Below the pieces are notes generated by a model. It was given only the letters and a program-made list of their open reading frames with translations. It searched no databases and was not told the DNA's origin. A program made the translations under genes and the position numbers. A stretch of DNA of 64,000 nucleotides from Bryobacterales bacterium (GTDB lineage Bacteria; Acidobacteriota; Terriglobia; Bryobacterales; Bryobacteraceae): the NCBI GenBank assembly GCA_038200305.1, contig JBBPYD010000153.1:17018-81017 (forward strand), written 5' to 3'. How positions within the stretch are numbered: position 1 is the stretch's first letter; each line of letters starts with the position of its first letter. Shown piece by piece: positions 29,450 through 37,213 of the stretch.

Positions 29450-30105
29450 ATAAACGCGTCGCGGTCACGTTCAGCAATCCCAACAAGGCGGAACCGTACG
29501 AAGCGGCGCTTCGCGGCGTGGGCTTGGAGCCAGTGCGCAATCCGCCATCGCTCGACGGGCTCGCGGGTCTGTTGCTGACCGGCGGAACCGACGTGAATCC
29601 TGCGCTGTACCACCAGGCTCGCCATCCGGAAACGCAGGAACCAGACATCCAACGCGACGATCTGGAAATTCGATTGTTAGAGGAAGCGTTGAATGCCGAT
29701 CTTCCCGTGCTGGCAATCTGCCGTGGCCTTCAGCTATTCAACGTCGTACATGGAGGCACCCTCATGCAACATCTGCCCGGCGGGAAGCATGAGAAGAATA
29801 CTGAGCTTGCCGTCTCCGCTGACGCGCATACGGCTAAAATTGAGCTGGATACAAAGCTCGCGCAAATTATTGGCCCCGGTGAGATCTCTGTGAACTCCCG
29901 GCATCATCAGGCGATCGATCGGGTAGGGGATGGTCTTCGAGTCTCCGCTATGTCGCCAGATGATGTAATTGAAGCCGTGGAACGGCCCGATAAATCCTTC
30001 GCGTTGGCAGTGCAATGGCATCCGGAGGACCGGTGCCTGATGGATGCAAGCGACCGCAAACTCTTCGAGAGCTTTGCCGCAGCCGTAGAACAACACAATA
30101 GATGA
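29446..30105 (+). CDS. class I glutamine amidotransferase / gamma-glutamyl-GABA hydrolase-like (peptidase C26)
   Basis: ATGA overlap with the MATE stop. LLLTGGTDVNP, nucleophile LAICRGLQ, HHQAI and VQWHPE motifs. Confidence 0.85.
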   Translation: MNKRVAVTFSNPNKAEPYEAALRGVGLEPVRNPPSLDGLAGLLLTGGTDVNPALYHQARHPETQEPDIQRDDLEIRLLEEALNADLPVLAICRGLQLFNVVHGGTLMQHLPGGKHEKNTELAVSADAHTAKIELDTKLAQIIGPGEISVNSRHHQAIDRVGDGLRVSAMSPDDVIEAVERPDKSFALAVQWHPEDRCLMDASDRKLFESFAAAVEQHNR

Positions 30106-32030
30106 CGAGCCCGGTCAAAACCCTTACTGCCCGTCAGTTTTTTTCCCACCACGGCGTGCTGTCGAAATGGCACCCCAATTATGAACACCGGCCAGGCCAG
30201 ATGCAAATGGCGGAGGCGGTGGAGTCGGCCCTGGCGGATAAGAAGCATTTAATTGTGGAAGCTGGCACGGGCACGGGCAAAACGCTGGCCTACCTGATAA
30301 CGGCCATCCTGTCCGGAAAGCGGGTGGTCATCTCCACCGGAACAAAGAATTTGCAGGAGCAGCTCTTCTACAAAGACATTCCTTTCTTACAGCAACATCT
30401 GGCCACTCCCATTCAGGTCTGCTATATGAAGGGGCGCCGAAACTTCGCTTGCAGACAGAAGATTTACGATGCGGAGAAGACTCCCGTTCTGACGGGCCTT
30501 GAAGAAGTGGCGGATTTCGAAATTATCCGTGAGTGGGAAAAGACGACGCTCACCGGCGATCGCGCGGAGATCAAAACACTGCCGGAACACAGCTCCGCGT
30601 GGGCGAAGATCGATGCGCGCCGCGATCTGTGCAGCGGGCAGAAGTGCCAGCAGTTTGAACGGTGCTTTCTAACCCAGATGCACCAGCGCGCGGTGGAGAG
30701 CAACATCATCATTGTGAATCACCATCTCTTCTTCGCCGATCTGGCATTGAAAGAAGAGGATTTCGGGTCGATCATTCCGGAATACGCCGCGGTGATCTTT
30801 GATGAGGCTCATGAGATTGAAGACATCGCCGGGCAGTATTTCGGTGTATCCATCAGCAGCCATCAGCTGCACGATTTAACGCGTGACGTGTCGGCTCTTG
30901 CGCAGCAGAAGAAATTCGGGTCCATGGAACTCGACGAGATTCTGCAGGTAGCGGGACAGGCCGCCGATCAATTCTTTCAGTTGTTCGGGTCATCCGAAGG
31001 CCGTAGCGGCTTTCGGGAGCGTAGTCTATTTCTTGAAAAGTACGATGAGCAGTACCGGAATTTCCTTCGTGCGATTGAGCTGATCGGCCTGGAGTTGCAG
31101 TTGATTAAGCACGCTCCGGAAGAAGTGACTCCGCTCTGCCGGCGCAGCCGTGAACTTTCCGAAAAGCTGCGGTTTTGGATGGAGGGCGCGGAGAAATCGT
31201 TTGTCTATTGGGTGGAGCGGCGGGGACGCGGCTGCTTTCTGCAAGCTACGCCGATTGATGTATCTACCGTGCTGGATGAGAAGCTGTTCAGCCGTGCCGG
31301 CAGCGTGATTCTGACGTCGGCCACGCTCGCGGTATCGGGAGAGTTTGCCTTCACCGAGGGCCGGCTCGGGCTGCGGCAGTGCCGGACGCTCATCGTAGAC
31401 GGTCATTTCGATTACCAGAAACAGGCGCTACTTTACGTCCCCCAGAAACTGCCCGATCCCAGGACCCCTGCGTTTTCGTTGGCTGCCGCCGATGAGATTG
31501 TCAAAATTCTGGAGTTTAGCCGGGGGCGCGCGTTCGTGCTGTTCACAAGTTACCAGCAGATGCGCATTGTTCATGACCGCGTCTCGCTTGCGATCGGATA
31601 TCCAACACTGCTGCAGGGAACCGGCCCCAGAAGCGCACTGTTGGAAGAGTTCCGCGCGACCCCGAATTGCGTCTTGTTCGCCACGTCGTCGTTTTGGCAG
31701 GGAGTGGATGTGCAGGGCGAACAATTGAGCTGCGTGATTATCGACAAACTGCCGTTTGCGGTGCCCAGTGATCCGGTGGTGGAGGCCCGGGTGGCTGCGA
31801 TTCGCGAAGAGGGCGGCAATCCGTTTTACGATTACCAGATCCCGCAGGCGGCGCTGGCGTTGAAGCAAGGCTTCGGCCGCCTTATCCGCAGCCGATCGGA
31901 CCGCGGCGTGCTGGTAATGCTCGATAATAGGATTACGAAGCAGCGTTACGGACAGCTCTTTTTCGACAGCTTGCCGGATTACGCGTTCACAACCTTGATC
32001 GAAGACGTGGAGAGATTTTTCAATGTTTGA
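30102..32030 (+). CDS. dinG: ATP-dependent DNA helicase, DinG/XPD-like with Fe-S cysteines
   Basis: 642 aa. Walker A EAGTGTGKTLAY, DEAH box (FDEAHEIED), four Cys between motifs I and II (ACRQK, LCSGQKCQQFERC), C-terminal helicase motifs (QGFGRLIRS). Confidence 0.85.
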   Translation: MTSPVKTLTARQFFSHHGVLSKWHPNYEHRPGQMQMAEAVESALADKKHLIVEAGTGTGKTLAYLITAILSGKRVVISTGTKNLQEQLFYKDIPFLQQHLATPIQVCYMKGRRNFACRQKIYDAEKTPVLTGLEEVADFEIIREWEKTTLTGDRAEIKTLPEHSSAWAKIDARRDLCSGQKCQQFERCFLTQMHQRAVESNIIIVNHHLFFADLALKEEDFGSIIPEYAAVIFDEAHEIEDIAGQYFGVSISSHQLHDLTRDVSALAQQKKFGSMELDEILQVAGQAADQFFQLFGSSEGRSGFRERSLFLEKYDEQYRNFLRAIELIGLELQLIKHAPEEVTPLCRRSRELSEKLRFWMEGAEKSFVYWVERRGRGCFLQATPIDVSTVLDEKLFSRAGSVILTSATLAVSGEFAFTEGRLGLRQCRTLIVDGHFDYQKQALLYVPQKLPDPRTPAFSLAAADEIVKILEFSRGRAFVLFTSYQQMRIVHDRVSLAIGYPTLLQGTGPRSALLEEFRATPNCVLFATSSFWQGVDVQGEQLSCVIIDKLPFAVPSDPVVEARVAAIREEGGNPFYDYQIPQAALALKQGFGRLIRSRSDRGVLVMLDNRITKQRYGQLFFDSLPDYAFTTLIEDVERFFNV

Positions 32031-32376
32031 AGTGATTCTGGAGCAGACCTTCGCGGCCGCGCATGCGTTGCGCAACTACCACGGAAGCTGCGAGCGCACG
32101 CACGGCCACAACTTTCGAGTGCAGATCACCGTAGTGGGCGATTCGGTTGACGAGGCCGGAATGTTGGTGGATTTCTTGGACCTCAAAAAGCATATCGATC
32201 CGGTGGTAATGCGGTTGGATCACCAGTTTCTGAATGAGATTGAACCTTTCCTGACGCTGAGCCCATCGGCCGAGAACATTGCAAAATACATTCACCAAGA
32301 GGTGAGCAAGTTCACCGCGGTAGCGAAGGTGCGGGTATGGGAAACCAGCGATGCGAGCGCCGTCTATTATGAGTAA
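32023..32376 (+). CDS. queD: 6-carboxy-5,6,7,8-tetrahydropterin synthase / 6-pyruvoyl-tetrahydropterin synthase family
   Basis: 117 aa. CERTHGHNF gives the Cx3HGH motif. Zn-ligand histidines. 8-nt overlap with the dinG stop. Confidence 0.85.
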   Translation: MFEVILEQTFAAAHALRNYHGSCERTHGHNFRVQITVVGDSVDEAGMLVDFLDLKKHIDPVVMRLDHQFLNEIEPFLTLSPSAENIAKYIHQEVSKFTAVAKVRVWETSDASAVYYE

Positions 32377-32845
32377 TCCATACGCGTCTTACCTAGGTGG
32401 CCGGGAGCCCATGGGCGTTCTGGAGACCACAGCGGAACGCATTGCGGAACTGACCAGGAGCATGGGCGCAGAGCAGCTTGCGGCGCAACCCGCACCCGGT
32501 AAGTGGTCCATTCACGAGATCGTCGCGCATTTGGCGGATCAGGAACTGGTGTCACTGGCCCGCTGCAGATGGATTCTCTTTGAGAACAACCCCGAGCTGA
32601 TCGGCTATGACCAGAATAACTGGAGCAAGGGTTGGCGAAAAGAGGAGGAGCCCTTTCGAGAGACTCTGAACCGTTTCCGCGTGCTGCGCGGTTCCTTGTT
32701 AAGGCTACTCCGGACATGCACGGAAGCGGACTTGGCGCGTACCGGAAATCATATGGAGAGGGGCGCCATCACCCTGGGTAGCTTCCCGCCCCACCTAGCC
32801 GGTCATGACATTAACCATCTACTTCAGATCGAAAGGCTATCGTAA
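32369..32845 (+). CDS. DinB family protein
   Basis: About 158 aa from ATG 32369 (8-nt overlap with queD). WSIHEIVAHLADQE ... HLAGHDINHLLQI is the DinB/YfiT-like His triad pattern. Confidence 0.7.
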   Translation: MSNPYASYLGGREPMGVLETTAERIAELTRSMGAEQLAAQPAPGKWSIHEIVAHLADQELVSLARCRWILFENNPELIGYDQNNWSKGWRKEEEPFRETLNRFRVLRGSLLRLLRTCTEADLARTGNHMERGAITLGSFPPHLAGHDINHLLQIERLS

Positions 32846-32847
32846 TC

Positions 32848-33357
32848 ATGGGCAATGTAAACCGACAAACTGTCGACCTTTCCGCATACCCCGATCTGGT
32901 AGTCATCTATCTGGGCATGCGCGTCAATGCTCTCACCGGCCTCAAGGCGCTGCTTGGCTTCGGACCGAAGATCTCAGCCAGCGTTGCCGCTAGACCCGAT
33001 GGCCTTTTATTACATGAGAATTTTCTATTCAGTATGTTCCCTCCACATGCGGGCATGCGGCAGTATTGGCAGGATTTCGAATCGCTGGAAAGATGGACAC
33101 GGTCGGAACCACACCGGACGTGGTGGAAGAACTTTCTGCGCGACTCCGGCGGCACCGGCTTCTGGCATGAGACCTATTTCCGGCGAGGGGGAATGGAGGC
33201 CATTTACGATGACCTCGCGGCGCCAATCGGAATGATGAAATTTGCCCGCCTGCAGCCGGCTCGCGGTCCTATGTTCTCCGCGCGTACTCGCGCCGGAATG
33301 GCTAATGCCTCTGACACCTCGCCGGTTCCCGAGAGCGATCTTTACAACCGCGAGTAA
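32848..33357 (+). CDS. DUF4188 domain protein (monooxygenase-like small protein)
   Basis: 169 aa. VVIYLGMRVN...GLLLHE...MRQYWQDFESLERW...H...WW pattern recalled from the DUF4188 family. Starts 2 nt after the DinB stop. Confidence 0.6.
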   Translation: MGNVNRQTVDLSAYPDLVVIYLGMRVNALTGLKALLGFGPKISASVAARPDGLLLHENFLFSMFPPHAGMRQYWQDFESLERWTRSEPHRTWWKNFLRDSGGTGFWHETYFRRGGMEAIYDDLAAPIGMMKFARLQPARGPMFSARTRAGMANASDTSPVPESDLYNRE

Positions 33358-33484
33358 CTCCGCCCAACTCCACGGCAATAGAAACCGTGAGCATGGTGCC
33401 CAGCCGTAGCTGCGCGAATCGCGCGAAACTTTGCCCAGTCGGCGTGTCCAATTTCCGAGAGGCACACGGCAAGGCAAGAAAGCT

Positions 33485-34523
33485 ATGAAACTTAAAAAGT
33501 TAAAGGAGCAGGTAATTGTAATTACCGGTGCTACCAGTGGAATCGGCCTGGTGACCGCCCGCATGGCGGCGAAGGAAGGAGCGCGGCTTGTTCTGGCGGC
33601 GCGCAACCAGGAGACTCTGAAAGAGTTGAGCCGCGAATTGTCACAGGCCGAGCGTGTTCCGGCCGATGTGGCGAATGAGGAACAGTTGCGGCGAGTGGCC
33701 GATCACGCAATCGAAAAGTTCGGCCATTTTGATACGTGGGTCAACAATGCGGGCGTTTCCATCTATGGTCCTTTGATGGATGTTGCCATCGAAGACCAGC
33801 GCCGTCTGTTTGAAACGAATTACTGGGGTACGGTGATCGGCTCGAAAATCGCCGTGGAGCATCTCCGCCGCAAGGGTGGTGCTCTGATCAATCTTGGCAG
33901 TGTTCTGTCCGACGTCTCCATTCCCCTGCAAGGCGCCTATTCGGCGTCAAAACACGCTGTGAGGGCTTTACCGATGCTTTACGCATGGAGATTGAAAAGG
34001 AAGGGGCGCCGATCTCGATTACGCTGATCAAGCCGACTTCCATTGACACTCCTTACCGGGACCACGCAAAGAATTATCTCGGTACGGAGCCGGAAAATCC
34101 GCCGCCAGTCTACGCCCCGGATATTGTTGCAAAGCGATTCTGTTTTGCGCGCAGCACCAACGCAGGGACGTTTTCGTTGGAAGCGGCGGAAAAATCCTGT
34201 CGCTGTCGGGCAAGTATGCGCCACGCCTTACGGACCAAATGATGCAGGCCAGTGTGTTTGATATTGAGCGTTCGGGCAAACCTTCCCAAGACGCAGGACG
34301 ATAGCCTATACGGCCCATCAAAGGACCTTGCGGAGCGTGGCGGGTACGACGGTATGTTGCGTGAGACAAGCCTGTATACGAAGGCCAGCCTGCATCCGGC
34401 GCTGACCGGCATGATGGCAATTGGCGGTGGCTTGGCCATAGCAGCCTATATGAATCCTCACGGCGCCAGAAGGCACACTCGGAAACCTACAATTCCCCAT
34501 CGTGTAAAAGCCAAAATACATAA
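33485..34523 (+). pseudogene. SDR-family oxidoreductase disrupted by at least three frame changes
   Basis: The frame switches near 33960, near 34131 and near 34290-34300. MKLKKLKEQVIVITGATSGIG...NNAG...YSASKHAV is in frame A. (K)GFTDALRMEIEKEGAPISITLIKPTSIDTPY...VYAPDIVA is in frame B. KAILFCAQHQRRDVFVGSGGKILSLSGKYAPRLTDQMMQASVFDIERSGK is in frame C. SLYGPSKDLAERGGYDGMLRETSLYTKASLHPALTG is back in frame B. The 3' end is uncertain. Confidence 0.75.
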
Positions 34524-34573
34524 TTGTCAGCTTGGTATAAGCCGGGGCGCACTTCCTACCGCGCCCCAGCTTT

Positions 34574-35594
34574 CTATCGTCCGGCTGAAAGATCCGCTAC
34601 GTGAACCGTCCTCTGCATCGCAGCCGCATCGCTCCGCGACAGAATCGCTCGAGCTCTCTTGTCCAACTCATCCGCCTTGGCCCGCCGTTTCAATTTCCGC
34701 GGTACGGCGGCCTCACTCGAAAGGAGCTGCGCCAGAAAGGGATGTTCAAGTCCCATCGTGCTTTCTGCGATCGCCATCGCGCGTCTCAACACAACGTCGG
34801 CGTCGGCAAAGCGGTCGCGAATAAAATAGACACGTCCAAGATTCGACAGCGGCCGAACCAGGTCTGAATGATCTAGCCCCGCCGTGTCCTCCAGGATTTT
34901 TATCGTACGGCCAAGCAAAGCGGTAGCCTCTAACTGCTGCCCCATTTTTGACCGCAGCACGCCAAGTGCATGCAGCACGAGTGCGGTCTCCCGGCTGCGT
35001 AAACCCCGGCTCTTCTCAAAGCTCGCCAGCGCTTTCCCATACAGTGCGGCAGCTTCATCCAAGCGGCCCTGTCCCAGACAGCTCGTCCCAAGATCCTGCA
35101 AAACCTTCGCAACGTCCGGATCGCCGGGCCCGGACTCCGCCATGCGCAGTTCCAGTGACCGTCTCTGCAAAGACTCGGCCTGCCCGTACTTCCCGTTTTC
35201 CACGTATAACGATCCCAAGTTAGCCAGCGGCTTCGCAAGAACCACGTGCGACGGACCAAACTGAGTTTCCATCAAACCAATAGCCCGCCGGTACGCAGTC
35301 TCCGCGTCCACATACCGCCCCAAATACTGGTAAACCTTTCCAAGATTATTCAGCGTAGTGCTCACGCGAGGATCGCCGGCCCGGCGAGAATCAACCGGCC
35401 CCACGAGGATAGTCGGCCCGACCCTCCTCAGCCTCGCTCAGCGCACGGGACAACGTAATCCGGGCCTCCTCATACCGGCCTTGCGCAAGAAACTGATGGG
35501 ATGATGAATCAGCATTTCCCATGGCTCTGGCCTGACCAAAAACCAATCCCGGCGCCACGGTCAACAAGGCCCCTGTTAGCAACGCGAGCTTCAC
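34574..35594 (-). pseudogene. secreted TPR-repeat protein, probably split by one frameshift near 35415-35425
   Basis: ORF 35391-35594 encodes a signal peptide (MKLALLTGALLTVAPGLVFGQARA) plus the first helix, then stops. ORF 34574-35404 continues in the +1 frame with TPR_10/12-like units (DPRVSTTLNNLGKVY...). It could also be two genes. Confidence 0.5.
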
Positions 35595-35713
35595 GGCAGC
35601 ACCCCCAAAGTTCCCGGGTAGTACGGCGGCTACGCCGACTAGGGCTGTCGGATATTGTATTCGATTAACCGTTACTGCGGTGCTTTACGTTAGAACCTTG
35701 GCCACTGGCGCGC

Positions 35714-37213
35714 TCAAGCCTTGATCAACGCCGCGGCCAAATCGGTCTTGCCCGCTACGTCGGTAAGACGGAAATCCCGGCCCAGATAGCGATAGGTGAG
35801 CTGCGTATGTTCAAGGCCGAGCATCGCGAGAATTGTGGCATGCAGGTCATGCAAGTGAATAGGATTTTCCGTCGCTCGCAATCCAAGCTCGTCGGTAGCG
35901 CCGATGACCTTGCCTCCCTTCACCCCGCCGCCTGCCATCCATGTGGTGAACCCGTAGGGATTGTGGTCGCGGCCGGAGCTGTCTCCCGCCCCGTTGCCAC
36001 CGCCGTCCGAGGTTGGGCTGCGCCCGAATTCGCCGCCCCACAAGACAAGCGTCGAATCGAGCAGGCCGCGCGACTTCAAATCTGTAATCAGCCCTGCAAC
36101 CGCCTTGTCTGTTGCGGCCGCTCGCGCCAGATGGTTTTTATCGCACTGCTTGTGGCCGTCCCAATCGGTTTCGTTCATGCCGTTTCCGGACCAGACTTGC
36201 ACAAACCGGACGCCGCGCTCAACCAGACGCCGAGCTAAAAGACACCGGCCGCCAAAGTCCGCCGTCAACGGATTATCGAGTCCGTAAAGCTTTTTGGTCG
36301 CCTCGGATTCGCTGGCTATGTTGGTCGCCTCAGGGGCCGCCATCTGCATGCGGAAGGCGAGTTCATAAGAGGCCATGCGAGCTGCCAATTCCGAGTCGTG
36401 ATTGCGTGTTTCAAGGTGCTGCTCATTCATCTTGCGCAACGTATCGAGCATGTCGCGCTGTTCTTCCTCTTTCATGTCCGCCGGGCGGCTGAGGTTAAGA
36501 ATCGCATCCGGACCATTTCGAAACGGTGTGCCCTGATAAGCTGCGGGAAGGAAGCCCTGTCCGTACACGGCAGGACCCGTCCTCACACCGCCTTCGAGGA
36601 GAACAACAAATCCGGGCAGGTTCTCATTCTCGCTGCCAAGACCATAGAGAACCCAGGAACCAAGGCTCGGCCGCCCGATACGCGGCCAGCCGTTATTCAT
36701 TAAGAACAGAGCCTGCGAATGCGTGAACCCCTCATGATGGCAGGACCGGATGACCGCAAGATCGTCAGCTCTCTGCGATGTATGTGGAAACAGATCCGAG
36801 ATTTCGATGCCCGACTGGCCGTACTTCTTAAACGTTCGTTTCGAGGCGAGAAGAACTGTGTCGCGGAACTTAGAGTCCTGGAAGTCGGCGTCACCGAAAC
36901 TTTCCGGCGGGTGCTGGCCGTTGAGTTTCGTCAGCAACGGCTTTGGATCGAACGTGTCGATATGGCTTGGCCCACCCTGCATGAATAGCGAAATAACGCT
37001 CTTAGCCGTTGCAGGCATCGGAGGCTTTTTCGGCGCCAGGGGATTCGCAGGCATAGGATCGGCAGCCGCGTTTCGCTCGAACAGGCTCATCGCGGCCAAC
37101 CAGCCAAGACCAAGACCTGAATTCTGCAGGAAGTGACGGCGTGTATCGGCGTCCCAGCTTCGTTTTTCTCTGGACCCGTCAATCCACCGGTTAATCGACT
37201 GGTTAATCGACAT
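35714..37213 (-). CDS. DUF1501 domain protein (sulfatase-like fold) with Tat signal
   Basis: 499 aa. RRHFLQNSGLGLGWLA Tat motif. GGPSHIDTFDPKP, C-terminal WGGEFGR...GRDH, HDLHATIL. Confidence 0.85.
   Translation of the reverse strand: MSINQSINRWIDGSREKRSWDADTRRHFLQNSGLGLGWLAAMSLFERNAAADPMPANPLAPKKPPMPATAKSVISLFMQGGPSHIDTFDPKPLLTKLNGQHPPESFGDADFQDSKFRDTVLLASKRTFKKYGQSGIEISDLFPHTSQRADDLAVIRSCHHEGFTHSQALFLMNNGWPRIGRPSLGSWVLYGLGSENENLPGFVVLLEGGVRTGPAVYGQGFLPAAYQGTPFRNGPDAILNLSRPADMKEEEQRDMLDTLRKMNEQHLETRNHDSELAARMASYELAFRMQMAAPEATNIASESEATKKLYGLDNPLTADFGGRCLLARRLVERGVRFVQVWSGNGMNETDWDGHKQCDKNHLARAAATDKAVAGLITDLKSRGLLDSTLVLWGGEFGRSPTSDGGGNGAGDSSGRDHNPYGFTTWMAGGGVKGGKVIGATDELGLRATENPIHLHDLHATILAMLGLEHTQLTYRYLGRDFRLTDVAGKTDLAAALIKA

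Noticed and set aside
30102-32376. DinG-like helicase plus QueD as part of a 7-deazaguanine DNA-modification (Dpd-like) defence island.
   Set aside because: No tRNA-guanine-transglycosylase/DpdA-like gene, no queC/queE/folE, and no other Dpd components are present. The helicase looks like a housekeeping Fe-S DinG. I kept it only as an operon-structure observation.
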